Notes: generated by a model not told the origin, from the letters alone. Positions 39,457-50,281 are shown, numbered from the stretch's first letter. The stretch: 64,000 nucleotides of DNA from an uncultured Acidobacteriota bacterium (GCA_963809485.1 CAWEJX010000016.1:32001-96000), one strand, 5' to 3'. A program made the numbers and translations.

Positions 39457-41622
39457 TTAGGGCAGCTGGGCCACCCGCTCGACTTCCTGGATCCCGCGGA
39501 TGGTTTTCAGTCCCTGGATGACTTTCTGCAGATGTTTTACATCCGCTATGTCGACAGTGATCTCGACGACACCCTTGCCGGAATTGGCATCGCTGAATGA
39601 GCGGGATTCCCGGATGTTGGTTTTAAGGTTTGAGATGGCCGAAGTGATATCCGCAAGAATCCCCTGCCTGTCCTCTACCGAAATGGAGAGGCGCACGCCA
39701 AAAACCTCGTCGCCCGGCGCGTCGACCCATTCCACATCCGTGATACGATCCGAACCGAAAAAACTGGCGAGGTTCGGGCACGTGGTAGTGTGAACGGAAA
39801 TTCCCTTCCCCCGGGTTATATACCCGACGATCTCGTCCCCGCGTATGGGATTGCAGCATTTTGCGCGATAAACCAGCAAGCCGTCCTGGCCTTTGACAGT
39901 TATGGCGGAATCCCCCTGGCCTAAGACTCTGCGGACCACCGACGGCAGGCCGGAGGGTTTGGGCCTTTCTTCGGACGGCGGAGTGAGATCCGGGAATAGC
40001 GGGGAGAGGATTTCACGGGGCGAGATTTTGCCGAAACCGACTGCAGGGTAAATGTCTTCCGGCCGCTGCAGCCCATTCTGCGCAAGGACATTCGGAAGCT
40101 GAGTCATGAGCAGCACCTTTTTCCAGGTGGTTTTGAATTTCCTCGATTCCTTCTCCATCAGCTTCTTGCCCAGCTCCGCTGCGTCTTCCTTCTCTTTCTG
40201 ATTGATCCAGTGCTTGATTTTCCCGCGGGCACGAGCTGTTTTTACGAAAGATAGCCAGTCGCGGCTTGGAGATGCATCCTTGGCGGTGACAACCTCAACG
40301 ACCTCGCCGTTTTTGACCTTGTGCCGCAAAGGCACGATCCTCGTGTTAACCTTGGCTGCGACGCAGTGGTGCCCGACTTCGGTGTGAATGGCATATGCGA
40401 AGTCGATTGGGGTGGCATCGCGCGGAAGCGTGATTACCTCGCCCTTGGGGGTGAAACAATACACTTCGTCCGGATACAGGTCGATTTTCAGGTTGCTGAG
40501 GAACTCCCTCGGATCGCTGATTTCCTCCTGGGACATGATGAGCTGCCGCAGCCGCCGGAATTGCTCCTCTCCCTCCACCGTGCCGAGTTTTCCTTCCTTG
40601 TACTTCCAGTGGGCGGCGATGCCCTCCTCGGCGATGCGGTGCATTTCGTCGGTACGGATCTGAATCTCGAAAGGCTGTCCATTGCGGCCGATTACGGAGG
40701 TATGCAGCGACTGGTACAGGTTGGGACGCGGGATCGCGATGTAGTCCTTGATGCGGCCCGGCACGGGCTTCCAGAGGTTATGAAGAATGCCCAGGATCGT
40801 GTAGCAGTTCCTCACGGAATCAGTGATCACCCGTATGGCGATGAAATCAAAGACCTCATCGATCGTAATCTTTTGCCGCTTCATCTTGCTGTAGACGCCG
40901 TAAATGCGCTTGGTGCGGCTTTCCAGCCGGGCGGGGATTTTGTGCTCTCCGAGTTCTTTCGCGATGATACGCTCCGCCTCGTGGATGAAATCCTGCTTCA
41001 CGGCCCGGCGCGATTCAATTTGGGAAACGGTATTCTGGTATGCGACGGCATCCAGGAAGCTGAAGGCGAGGTCCTCGAGTTCTCCGCGGATTTTGGCCAT
41101 TCCTAACCGATGGGCCAGCGGCGCGTAGATTTCCATGGTTTCCAGCGAAATTCTTTCCCGCCGGTCGGGTGGAAGGTACTGCAGGGTGCGCATATTGTGC
41201 AGGCGGTCCGCGAGTTTAACAAAGAGCACGCGGACGTCTTTGACCATGGCGAGAAGCATCTTCCGGAAGTTCTCGGCCTGCTTCTGATGCCGGGAGGCCA
41301 ACTGAACCTGTGCGATTTTGGTCACGCCGTCGACCAGCAGGTAGACCTCATCGCCGAACTGCCTTCGGAGCTCCTCCGGCGACATGAGGGTATCTTCCAG
41401 GACGTCGTGCAGCAAACCCGCGGTAACGGTCACAACATCCAGTTTAAGCTCGGCAAGAATATTGGCGACCTCGAGCGGATGCGTGAGATACGGCTCCCCG
41501 TTCATCCGGACCTGCCCCTTGTGATATTTGGCCGAAACCACATATCCCCGCTGGATCATCTCCATGGGGGCATCCGGATGATACCGTCCTATCTTCTCCG
41601 CAAGGTCCTCATACCGTATCAT
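39457..41622 (-). CDS. spoT: Bifunctional (p)ppGpp synthetase/hydrolase (RelA/SpoT)
   Basis: LLHDVLED, KLADRLHNMRTL, YQSLHT, EIQIRT, TGS and ACT domains. Confidence 0.97.
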   Translation of the reverse strand: MIRYEDLAEKIGRYHPDAPMEMIQRGYVVSAKYHKGQVRMNGEPYLTHPLEVANILAELKLDVVTVTAGLLHDVLEDTLMSPEELRRQFGDEVYLLVDGVTKIAQVQLASRHQKQAENFRKMLLAMVKDVRVLFVKLADRLHNMRTLQYLPPDRRERISLETMEIYAPLAHRLGMAKIRGELEDLAFSFLDAVAYQNTVSQIESRRAVKQDFIHEAERIIAKELGEHKIPARLESRTKRIYGVYSKMKRQKITIDEVFDFIAIRVITDSVRNCYTILGILHNLWKPVPGRIKDYIAIPRPNLYQSLHTSVIGRNGQPFEIQIRTDEMHRIAEEGIAAHWKYKEGKLGTVEGEEQFRRLRQLIMSQEEISDPREFLSNLKIDLYPDEVYCFTPKGEVITLPRDATPIDFAYAIHTEVGHHCVAAKVNTRIVPLRHKVKNGEVVEVVTAKDASPSRDWLSFVKTARARGKIKHWINQKEKEDAAELGKKLMEKESRKFKTTWKKVLLMTQLPNVLAQNGLQRPEDIYPAVGFGKISPREILSPLFPDLTPPSEERPKPSGLPSVVRRVLGQGDSAITVKGQDGLLVYRAKCCNPIRGDEIVGYITRGKGISVHTTTCPNLASFFGSDRITDVEWVDAPGDEVFGVRLSISVEDRQGILADITSAISNLKTNIRESRSFSDANSGKGVVEITVDIADVKHLQKVIQGLKTIRGIQEVERVAQLP

Positions 41623-41785
41623 GGGTTAATCGTTACTCTTGAATGATTATAGAATACGGAATGACTGCCATGTAAGCTTGCTTTTGGCCCCAGCCTGCAT
41701 TCCTTGCAGGCTTTCGGCCGCCGCCGCCTATCCGTGCAAACCCGCCGGGACATTCGACTTGCACTAGACAGTACCCCTGAGTCAC

Positions 41786-41868
41786 GAATATCGAATTTCG
41801 AATGTCGAATGCCGAACCGCAGAAGCGCTTCGAAATTCATCATTCATTATTCGACATTCTGCGGCTCA
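41786..41868. repeat. Heptamer-repeat element, inverted copy of 39006-39072
   Basis: Reverse complement tgagccgcagaatgtcgaataatgaatgatgaatttcgaag matches tgaaccgcagaatatcgaataatgaatgtagaatttcgaag. Confidence 0.8.
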
Positions 41869-41973
41869 GCAATAGGCAAAGAATATTTATTGCGCATGAC
41901 ACTTCATTAGTCTTTCCCCGATTGCGATCAGGCCCCTTTGAGCGGAGACGAGGGACCACATGTCCGCAGGCAC

Positions 41974-42006
41974 AAAAAAAGGGACGGAAATCTCCGTCCC
42001 TTTTTT
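41974..42006 (-). terminator. Intrinsic (bidirectional-type) terminator after the tonB-exb operon
   Basis: A7-gggacgga-aatc-tccgtccc-T6. Confidence 0.85.
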
Positions 42007-42091
42007 ATTGTTCGGGCGCTTCCAAATATTATTCAGCGTTGCTTTTCCATCGGTGCGGAATATTTCCGGGAAACTCAGCAACTAAAGGCAC

Positions 42092-42895
42092 TTAGTTTCC
42101 GCCGGTCAAACCGCCCAACTTTTTCGGCTTCTTGGCTTCCTCTTCCTGAGCCTTCAGCTTGAGGGCAAGAGCCTTTTGGGATACGAGGTCCGCCTGGCGA
42201 ATGAGTTCAGCCTTTTTCGCTTCATCCTTTTCGAATTTGGCTTTCTCTCTCCAGAGCAGGTTCTGGTACTCCATAGCGTCGAAATAGTTTGGGCGAATCT
42301 CCAGGGCCTTGTTGAGAGCAGTCAGCGCTTCGTCGATGTTGGCCTGGGTCCCGGCCTTTTCTTCGGGGCTCATGAACTCGACATTCTCCCCCTGGACGCC
42401 GGTTTTCTCCAGAGCATCGTCAAAGTCTATTACTGCAATCCGGTAATAGGCTTCTGCATTCTGTGGGTCAACTTTCAGCACTTTGTTGCACCACTCTTTG
42501 GATTCATTATACTTCTTCAGCTGATAATACAGGCTGGCTATACTCAGCATGGCATTTCTGTTCGGATTGGCCGGATCCTTGGCCCCCTCCACCACCTGCT
42601 TGAAGGTTTCGATGCCTTTGCTCGCCATTTCTTCGCTCTTGGGATCGGTAGAACCAGGAACGAATTGGGACGTGTAAGCCGTGGCCAGATACATGCGAGC
42701 GACTTCAAAATCCGGATCCTGTTGAATTGATTTCTCAAAAAATTGCGCGGCCGCATCATACTTCTGTTCGGTGAACGCCTTAACCCCTTTATTCAGGTTG
42801 TCACGAGCGCGCAGCTTTTGAACGAAGTTGCAGCCGGACAGGGGTATGACCGCCAGAAGAAGTAAGACGGCTAGCCACTTGTTATTGACCCTCAT
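42092..42895 (-). CDS. TPR-repeat lipoprotein
   Basis: GGAGG RBS, lipobox LSGC, several TPRs. Confidence 0.85.
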   Translation of the reverse strand: MRVNNKWLAVLLLLAVIPLSGCNFVQKLRARDNLNKGVKAFTEQKYDAAAQFFEKSIQQDPDFEVARMYLATAYTSQFVPGSTDPKSEEMASKGIETFKQVVEGAKDPANPNRNAMLSIASLYYQLKKYNESKEWCNKVLKVDPQNAEAYYRIAVIDFDDALEKTGVQGENVEFMSPEEKAGTQANIDEALTALNKALEIRPNYFDAMEYQNLLWREKAKFEKDEAKKAELIRQADLVSQKALALKLKAQEEEAKKPKKLGGLTGGN

Positions 42896-42941
42896 TGTGG
42901 CCTCCAAACTATTAGTTGAACTAGGTGCGAGTCCGAGGTTC

Positions 42942-43355
42942 CTAACGGATCTCTTCCGTTAACAGACCGATATCTCCCACGCCCGCCCCTTTGGCAATGT
43001 CGATAACCTTGACCACGTCGCCGTAGGGCAGCTTGGCACTGGCGCTGACGAACATGTTTTTATTTGCCCGAGCGCTATAAATCTCCTGAAGCTTCGATCC
43101 CAGGTTTCCGATGCTCGTCTGCTCCTGATTGATCGCTATCTGTGCGGATTCGCTGATGGAGACGACGATGACATTCGGATCGGGCGTTGCGTTCTCTACA
43201 TCCTGAGAAGTCTGCGGCACTTTGACATCCAAGTCCATCTGGCGTACAGGAGTGATGACCATGAAGATGATGAGGAGCACCAGAAGGATATCAATGTACG
43301 GGGTGATGTTGATATCCGCAATGGAACCCTTCTTTTTGCCGACATTCATTGACAT
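42942..43355 (-). CDS. exbD: Biopolymer transport protein ExbD/TolR
   Basis: INITPYIDILLVLLIIFMV. Confidence 0.92.
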   Translation of the reverse strand: MSMNVGKKKGSIADINITPYIDILLVLLIIFMVITPVRQMDLDVKVPQTSQDVENATPDPNVIVVSISESAQIAINQEQTSIGNLGSKLQEIYSARANKNMFVSASAKLPYGDVVKVIDIAKGAGVGDIGLLTEEIR

Positions 43356-43647
43356 AATAAATTCCCTTTCTTTCCGTGCGACGCTGGGGTAGGGCTTGCG
43401 ACCATATCCCAGGCTCAGCCGTCAAAACCGTTATTTCTGCGGGCATGAGGGCGGATCATCAGGAACAACCCGCCCTTCATCCACACGGCCTTGGGTGATC
43501 GCCGTGCCGTGTCCCAATCAACCGGATCCCGGCTGCTTGAACAGCCGCCAAGACGTCCGCATGGCTTCCGTTCGGCGGAGCAGTAGGGTCCTGACTATGC
43601 TGATACCCTGGCGGACAACCCTGACGGGATTCAAGGCTGTCCCCAAT

Positions 43648-44070
43648 CTATTCCTTTTCCTTCTCAGCCATCAAGCCGATACGTTCTACGCCCGACCTCC
43701 GGCAGCCGTTAACGACTTCCACAACACGGCCATAGGCCAATGAGGTGTCCGCCTTCAGGAAGATGGTCCTGTTGATCTCTCCGCCAGAAAACTTCTGCAA
43801 CAGGAAATCATAGAGATCCTGATCTACAATCTGTTTTTTGGCCAGAAAGAGCTTCCCCTCCCGGTTCAAGGCGACAACTACAGCTTCTTTGCTGTCTGCT
43901 TCCGGCGCATCCAGCGGATTTTTCGCCTTGGGGAGGTTCACGGTGATACCGCTCTGCAAAAGGGGCGTGGTAATCATGAAGATGATCAGCAACACGAGCA
44001 TGACATCGGCCATCGGCGTGACGTTGATGTCCGCAACGACGTTGCTTTTCCCTAATCCTCGCTTAGCCAC
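43648..44070 (-). CDS. exbD: Biopolymer transport protein ExbD/TolR
   Basis: INVTPMADVMLVLLIIFMI, LKAD...YG. Confidence 0.92.
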   Translation of the reverse strand: MAKRGLGKSNVVADINVTPMADVMLVLLIIFMITTPLLQSGITVNLPKAKNPLDAPEADSKEAVVVALNREGKLFLAKKQIVDQDLYDFLLQKFSGGEINRTIFLKADTSLAYGRVVEVVNGCRRSGVERIGLMAEKEKE

Positions 44071-44743
44071 GGTTATCGCTCCGTCTCTTTATGAAGTAAT
44101 CAATCAGCTCCGAAGAAGAGTTGTCCATTTCCACGGTGAAGGTTTCGATTTTGTTTGTGAAAATGTTGAACATCCACACGGCCGGAACGGCGACGAACAG
44201 ACCGAAGGCCGTCGTAACCAGCGCTTCTGCAATACCGCCGGCGACTGCCGCGATGCCCGCCGTCTCTTCGGTCTTCATCCCCTGGAACGCGTTGATGATA
44301 CCGATGGTCGTACCGAACAGCCCTACAAAGGGAGCCGTAGAACCGATGGTGGCCAGGCTGCTGAGGCCCCTCTTCAGATCCTCGATGCTGATGGCAGTGG
44401 CTCTTTCAAGCGCGCGCCGCGAAGCTTCTATCATCTCGCCGGGGATTTCTTTGCTCTTTGTGTGCGCCTGGAGTTCCTGCAGGCCCGATGTGAGCACCTT
44501 CGCCAGGTGGCTCTTGTTGTACTGTTCACCCAGCGCAATCGCCTCGTCAATCTTCCCGTCCTTCAGGCATTCGGCTACCGCAGGAGTAAAAAGCCGGGAC
44601 TGTTTGCGGGCTTGACGATAGGTGAGCCACCTTTCAATCATCACGCTAATTGAGTAGGCCGACATGATTGCCAGGATGACAACGACACCCTTGGCGATCC
44701 CGCCCATTGAATTCCATAGTTCTACGATATTGATTTGTCCCAT
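44063..44743 (-). CDS. exbB: MotA/TolQ/ExbB proton channel
   Basis: LATIGSTAPFVGLFGT, GIAEALVTTAFGLFVAVPA. Confidence 0.93.
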   Translation of the reverse strand: MGQINIVELWNSMGGIAKGVVVILAIMSAYSISVMIERWLTYRQARKQSRLFTPAVAECLKDGKIDEAIALGEQYNKSHLAKVLTSGLQELQAHTKSKEIPGEMIEASRRALERATAISIEDLKRGLSSLATIGSTAPFVGLFGTTIGIINAFQGMKTEETAGIAAVAGGIAEALVTTAFGLFVAVPAVWMFNIFTNKIETFTVEMDNSSSELIDYFIKRRSDNRG

Positions 44744-44776
44744 CGAATTTCTAACCTCCGATTGATATTTGGGAAA

Positions 44777-45529
44777 CTATTTCAAGTTAAAGATTACAGT
44801 CACGGTAGCGATCACCGGTACCGGCTCTCCGTTCAACAATGTCGGAGAGTATTTCCACTGTCTGACGGCGGAGAGTGCCGCCTCATCCAGAAGAGGATGA
44901 CCGCTTGTAACGCGAATATCAGCAACATTGCCTTCTTCATCAACAGTCACAACGAGAACGACCTTTCCCTGGACTCGCGCGCGTTTCGCCAGTTCAGGAT
45001 ACGACGGTTCGACTCTCCGGATAAGCTTGGATTCCTGCACATTGCCGCCCACCCTTATCGGTTCACGCTTCACCGGCTTCGGTGGCGGGGGCGGCGCTAC
45101 CGGTGCAACGTTTGAAAGTAGTCCTCCGACAACTCCACCGGGTACACCTCCAGCGCCTCCACCCGCAACGCCTCCCGGGATGCCGCCCACGATGTTGCTC
45201 ACTCCGATTACCGGAGCTTCATCAACGGGCGGGGGGATCTCCTTGGGGATTTCAGTGGGCGCCACAAACTGGTTCGGGTCGACAACCGAAGCCTTGGGCT
45301 GTGTCTGAACGTTTGTTGGCGGCGGCGGCGGCGGTGGCGGCGGCGGGGGCGGCGGCGGCGGAGCGATCAGGAATGTCAGTAGCTCGCTCTCCGGCAACAC
45401 ATTAAAAAACACGAGCGGCACGATCACCACAGTGATGATCAGCACGACGTGTATTATGATCGAAACGACCAAGCCGATCAGCCGCTTGACCAGATCCGAT
45501 TTGCCTATTTCCTGTACGTCTTCAAACAT
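44777..45529 (-). CDS. tonB: Energy transducer TonB
   Basis: N-terminal TM with His, Pro-rich linker, YPELAKRARVQG C-terminal domain. Confidence 0.93.
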   Translation of the reverse strand: MFEDVQEIGKSDLVKRLIGLVVSIIIHVVLIITVVIVPLVFFNVLPESELLTFLIAPPPPPPPPPPPPPPPTNVQTQPKASVVDPNQFVAPTEIPKEIPPPVDEAPVIGVSNIVGGIPGGVAGGGAGGVPGGVVGGLLSNVAPVAPPPPPKPVKREPIRVGGNVQESKLIRRVEPSYPELAKRARVQGKVVLVVTVDEEGNVADIRVTSGHPLLDEAALSAVRQWKYSPTLLNGEPVPVIATVTVIFNLK

Positions 45530-45713
45530 GTGTCCCCCTCGTAAACTGCCCGTGGGCCTTATAAATCGGCTGAGCTTTGCTGCGGTGCCATTTTTTTAGG
45601 CCCCGATCTTAATATCGCGTCCAAAAAACTGTCAAGAAATATTTCGCCTGCATTTCAGTGATTTTCATAACTTTTTGGCTATTCACACATGAAATGCTTT
45701 CATTGCATGAAAA

Positions 45714-46913
45714 CTAGGCGCTTTTGCGTTTCGGCTTCTGCTCAACCGAGCGATACCACCACTCCACAACCGTGGAGGCCAGCGCGATGGTGGAATATGA
45801 GCCAAGGATGATCCCGACGGTCAGCGCGAACGAGAATCCATTGAGCACCTCTCCGCCGAATAGGAACAGCGACAAAACGGCCAGAAAAGTAAAGCCCGAG
45901 GTCATGATGGTGCGCGAGAGCGTCTGGTTTATGCTGAGGTTCAGAACCTGGAAGAGCGACTCCTTGCGCATCAGCCTGAGATTTTCTCGAACCCTGTCGA
46001 ATATGACAATCGTGTCGTTTACCGAATATCCCACAAGGGTCAATAACGCAGCGATCACCGTCAGTGATATTTCCTTCTGAGTTAGAGCGAACAGCCCGAG
46101 CGTGATCAACACGTCATGAAACAGCGCCAGAATGGCGGCAACGCCATAAATCGGCTTGAAACGGAAGCCGATGTACACGAGCATCGCCAGGAATGAAAGC
46201 CCTACCGCCAGCGTTGCCCTCCGCCTCAAGTCCGAGCCCACAATCGCGCCAATGCTTTCCAGACCTTTAACGGCAAAGGGCCCGGCGTAGTAGTTCTTTT
46301 TCAGGCCCTCGACTGCGACAGCGGAAACACCCGATGCGCCCTTGAGTTCATCCAGAGAGTTCACCAGCCCTTCGCGGTCCTTGTTGCGGTAATCCAGCAT
46401 GGACTGGGCCAGCGTCCTGTAATGGCCGTCGATTTCCTGGGTGGTCTTGTTCTGGCTCTTCATATTGTCGGGATCGGCACTCAGAAGGTATTTGTTCAGG
46501 GTATCCAGTCCCACGTTGTTGAAATCGACCAGCGGGCTGCCGACGTGTTCGGGATCAAACGACTTGCGCAGCTGGGCCACCAGCTGATCCTGGCTCGAGG
46601 CCATGTCATCCTGCTCGGCGCCGAGGGCTGTCTGCATGCGCACTTGAACAGTGTTCTTGCCCGGGAGATCGTACCGCTGGATCGTAGGCGGCGTCACGGA
46701 TGACGATTTCAGCGAATCCCGTATGCGATCCAGGTTCGGTGTCTGGTTGAACTTGATGTTGATAATGGTTCCGCCCGTGAAGTCAATCCCGAAGGCGAAA
46801 CCGCCGCGCAGGAAGTAGGCAGCTACGCCGATCAGCAAAAGGGCGACAGATATGGAAAGAAACCACCATTTCTTTCCCAGCCAGTTGATTGAAGTCTGCT
46901 TAAAGAGTTCCAC
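45714..46913 (-). CDS. secF: Protein translocase subunit SecF
   Basis: GIDFTGG, GYSVNDTIVIFDRVRE. Confidence 0.97.
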   Translation of the reverse strand: MELFKQTSINWLGKKWWFLSISVALLLIGVAAYFLRGGFAFGIDFTGGTIINIKFNQTPNLDRIRDSLKSSSVTPPTIQRYDLPGKNTVQVRMQTALGAEQDDMASSQDQLVAQLRKSFDPEHVGSPLVDFNNVGLDTLNKYLLSADPDNMKSQNKTTQEIDGHYRTLAQSMLDYRNKDREGLVNSLDELKGASGVSAVAVEGLKKNYYAGPFAVKGLESIGAIVGSDLRRRATLAVGLSFLAMLVYIGFRFKPIYGVAAILALFHDVLITLGLFALTQKEISLTVIAALLTLVGYSVNDTIVIFDRVRENLRLMRKESLFQVLNLSINQTLSRTIMTSGFTFLAVLSLFLFGGEVLNGFSFALTVGIILGSYSTIALASTVVEWWYRSVEQKPKRKSA

Positions 46914-46988
46914 AAACTATCCCTCGGATGACCTTACTGGTATTCGCCGGACATATGGACACCGTCCGGCACCCCAAAGTTCCTCTAT

Positions 46989-48599
46989 CTAGATTGATAA
47001 AGCCTCGACCCGCCGGCTTCCCAGCACCCAGTCAAAAAGACGGTGCGAAAAATAAATTGCCGTAAACATATTGGCCAGCAGTCCCACGGTAAGGGTCACG
47101 GCGAAGCCTCGTATCGGTCCGGTCCCGAACTGGAACAAGAAAACCGCCGCGATCAGTGTGGTGACGTTCGAGTCGAAAATGGTCCAGAAGACCTTGCTGA
47201 AAGCCGAATCGATGGCAGCCCTTACAGTCTTGCCGGCTCTCAGCTCCTCGCGGATTCTTTCAAAAATGAGGATATTGGCATCCACGGCCATGCCGATCGT
47301 CAGGATGATTCCCGCGATGCCCGGCAACGTCAGCGTTGCCCTGATCGATCCCATGAATCCCATCAGGATGATCAGGTTTGCCACCAGGCAGATGATGGCG
47401 TTCACAGCGGACTGTTTGTAATAAATGAGCATGCCGATCACGATCAGGCCGAACCCGATCAGGGAAGCATAGATCCCGGATTTGATCGAGTCGTTGCCCA
47501 GCGATGCGCCGACGCTGCGCTCCGATAGGACACGGAGGGAGGCAGGAAGGGCGCCTGAACGCAACAGCAGGGCAAGGTCCTCCGCCTGCTGTACCGTGAA
47601 CCGCCCGTGGATAATGCCTTCGGCCCCGATGCGCTCGTTGATGACGGGAGCCGAACTCACGACATTGTCCAGCACAATCGCGAGCTGTTCTCCCACGTGC
47701 TGCTCTGTAGCCCGCGAAAAAAGCTCGGCGCCATCGGCAGTTAAAAAGAACGACACCGCCGGCCCGCCGTTGGAATCGGTGCCCCGGCGCGCTGTTTTCA
47801 AGTCCTTCCCGGTAATTACGGGGATTTTGCTGACCACCAGGTATTCCAGCTGGCTCTGATCGCCCCGGTCTTCCCGGTAGGGCAGAATCTCATATTCTTC
47901 CGGCAGGTTGCCGCCGAGCGCCTCCAGGGCAGACTCGATACTGGAAAAGGGGCCTCGTTTATCCTTATTTACCAGACGGAGCTCCAGCTGGGCCGTGTTT
48001 GCAATCAGGCTCTTGATCCGGTCGGGATCGTCGATTCCCGGAAGCTCCACAATAATCTGGTCCTGAATGTCCTGCCCGCTTCCGCCATAAATCTGAAGAG
48101 TGGGTTCCGTAACGCCCAGCGCATCCACACGCCGCCGGATGGTCTCCAGCGCCTGCCGCACCGTTGATTCCCGCATCTCCCGGGTATAGGTTCCCATGAG
48201 CGAGAGGCTATAATTCGTACTCTCGCCCACCACCGTGCTGCGCACATCATATTTCCGGGCGAAAGCCGTCTCAAAGTAAGCGCGGGCTTCATTGCTCCTG
48301 GCCGGGTCCACGCCCGCAACTTCCACGGAATAACCGTTGCCCTTCTTGGAGGTTTCGAAGGCTATATTCTTCGACTTGAGTTCCTGGGAGATCCGGTCCG
48401 CATCCTGGACAAGCTCCTGATTCAAAGCATCGTCTGTGACAACCTGCAATACAAGATGAATGCCCCCCTTGAGATCCAGCCCCAGGTTGAGCCTGGACAT
48501 CCAGGGCGCTCCCTTGGCTCTGGGACTGATCCAGTAAAAGAGGCAGACTGCCAGAAAGGCAAAGATGAGGATGAGCTTCCACCGCAAGTTCTTCTGCAT
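46989..48599 (-). CDS. secD: Protein translocase subunit SecD
   Basis: LGLDLKGG, LRSGALPA, GMAVDANILIFERIREE. Confidence 0.97.
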   Translation of the reverse strand: MQKNLRWKLILIFAFLAVCLFYWISPRAKGAPWMSRLNLGLDLKGGIHLVLQVVTDDALNQELVQDADRISQELKSKNIAFETSKKGNGYSVEVAGVDPARSNEARAYFETAFARKYDVRSTVVGESTNYSLSLMGTYTREMRESTVRQALETIRRRVDALGVTEPTLQIYGGSGQDIQDQIIVELPGIDDPDRIKSLIANTAQLELRLVNKDKRGPFSSIESALEALGGNLPEEYEILPYREDRGDQSQLEYLVVSKIPVITGKDLKTARRGTDSNGGPAVSFFLTADGAELFSRATEQHVGEQLAIVLDNVVSSAPVINERIGAEGIIHGRFTVQQAEDLALLLRSGALPASLRVLSERSVGASLGNDSIKSGIYASLIGFGLIVIGMLIYYKQSAVNAIICLVANLIILMGFMGSIRATLTLPGIAGIILTIGMAVDANILIFERIREELRAGKTVRAAIDSAFSKVFWTIFDSNVTTLIAAVFLFQFGTGPIRGFAVTLTVGLLANMFTAIYFSHRLFDWVLGSRRVEALSI

Positions 48600-48742
48600 A
48601 AGCCACCTGCACGGTTATTTGCGCTATTGCGTTAATCATCGCGTTAATAATGGTTCCTGGCCGAAACAGGAAGCCAGAAACCGAAAGCTACCAGGCGCCT
48701 CAGCGCCCTTTTCAAATGGTTTCCGGCTTCTGGCTTTTCCAA

Positions 48743-49054
48743 TCACTGCTGAGGTTCTTCAGGTCCCTGCAATCCTGCAACGGCGCTTTTGGAAATTTCT
48801 ATCTTGACCTGATCGGCGATCTTGACGATGAACGTCCTGTCCTTTACGCCGGCAATAACGCCGTAAATCCCCGAGCTGGTAATAACCCTGTCGCCATTCT
48901 TGAGGGCGGCAATCATAGCCTCCACCTTTTTCTGCTTTTTTCGCATAGGCATGAAGATCAGGAGGTAAAAGATGACGCCGATGATCACAATGGGCGCAAA
49001 TTGGAGCAACAGGTCGGGAGATGCAGCCTGCATTATAAACGTGGGCTGTTCCAT
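48743..49054 (-). CDS. yajC: Preprotein translocase subunit YajC
   Basis: FYLLIFMP.RK, GDRVITSSGIYG; tgt-yajC-secDF synteny. Confidence 0.95.
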   Translation of the reverse strand: MEQPTFIMQAASPDLLLQFAPIVIIGVIFYLLIFMPMRKKQKKVEAMIAALKNGDRVITSSGIYGVIAGVKDRTFIVKIADQVKIEISKSAVAGLQGPEEPQQ

Positions 49055-49153
49055 TTAGGTTTCAGTACCCTTTTCTGTCCCTTGGTTCATTCAGGGGGAA
49101 AACATCACACAGGGTTGGACATACAAACTTGTCACCAGGTGAAGACCGGGAGA

Positions 49154-50281
49154 TCAGCCGCTTCCCTTCTCCACTTGTTCATACAATTTGCCAAAATTAT
49201 CAAGCTCGATAGCGTCTCTTATTTTGCGCATCATGTCAAGATAAAAGGTCAGGTTGTGTAGCGTGTTATAGACAGCCGAAAGGTGTTCTCCCGAAAGAAA
49301 AAGATGCCTCAGGTAGGCCCGGGAATATTTTTTGCATATCCTGCAGGAACAGTTGGGATCCGGCGGATCCTGGTCTTCGGCATAGATTGAATTTTTGATC
49401 AGCAGACGCCCCTGACTGGTAAACAGGCACCCGTTGCGGGCATTGCGCGTCGGCAGGACGCAGTCGAACATATCAATCCCCATCGCAACACTCCGGATCA
49501 GGTCTTCGGGCGTCCCTACACCCATAAGGTAGCGCGGCCGGTCCCAGGGCAAGAGAGGGGCAGTCGCATCGACGATCTCATGCATCAGGTCCTTGGGTTC
49601 GCCGACGCTCAATCCGCCTATGGCCAAACCGGGAAAATCAAGATCCAGAAGGGCTTCCACTGAGCGTTTTCTCAGCTCAGGGTAGACGCCGCCCTGGACG
49701 ATGCCGAAAAGTCCCCTGCTTCCGTCTTCCGTTTTGCGCCACTGTTCCCGGCACTTTTGCGCCCATCGCATCGACCGCTCCATGGAGGCCTCGGCGTCCA
49801 CATACCCGCAAGGGTAAGGGGTGCAGTCGTCGAAAACCATGGCTATGTCGGATCCAAGTGCGCGCTGAATATCGATAACCGATTCCGGGGTGAAGAAATT
49901 GCTGCTGCCGTCGATGTGAGACCGGAACTGAACCCCTTCTTCGCGAATGCTGCGAAGCTCGCGATGGCTAAAAACCTGATAACCGCCGCTGTCCGTTAGA
50001 ATTGCACCGTTCCAGGACATGAATTTATGCAGCCCGCCAAGCCTTTCAATCCTTTCATGACCCGGGCGCAAGTATAAATGATACGTATTTGCCAAAATGA
50101 TCCGGGCATCGAGCCCCTCAAGGAATTCGCCCGGCATAGCCTTGACTGCGCCTGCCGTGCCCACCGGCATGAAAACAGGCGTGGCGACATCCCCATGCGC
50201 CGTGTGGATCACACCCCGCCTCGCGCCGGTCCCGGAATCCCTGTGAAGAACCTCAAAACCGAATTTTGACGCCATCACCAT
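49154..50281 (-). CDS. tgt: Queuine tRNA-ribosyltransferase
   Basis: TPVFMPVGT, LTDSGGYQVFS, DMFDCVLPTRNARNG, C.C..C zinc site. Confidence 0.97.
   Translation of the reverse strand: MVMASKFGFEVLHRDSGTGARRGVIHTAHGDVATPVFMPVGTAGAVKAMPGEFLEGLDARIILANTYHLYLRPGHERIERLGGLHKFMSWNGAILTDSGGYQVFSHRELRSIREEGVQFRSHIDGSSNFFTPESVIDIQRALGSDIAMVFDDCTPYPCGYVDAEASMERSMRWAQKCREQWRKTEDGSRGLFGIVQGGVYPELRKRSVEALLDLDFPGLAIGGLSVGEPKDLMHEIVDATAPLLPWDRPRYLMGVGTPEDLIRSVAMGIDMFDCVLPTRNARNGCLFTSQGRLLIKNSIYAEDQDPPDPNCSCRICKKYSRAYLRHLFLSGEHLSAVYNTLHNLTFYLDMMRKIRDAIELDNFGKLYEQVEKGSG

Noticed and set aside
43356-43647. Unusually long 290-bp spacer between the two exbD genes, with ORF 43396-43743 on the opposite strand
   Set aside because: The ORF has no protein-like features; the spacer holds only weak REP-like remnants and no RNA family I can recognise.
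45317-45361. GGC-type trinucleotide run
   Set aside because: Encodes the 15-Pro linker of TonB, ordinary for this family.
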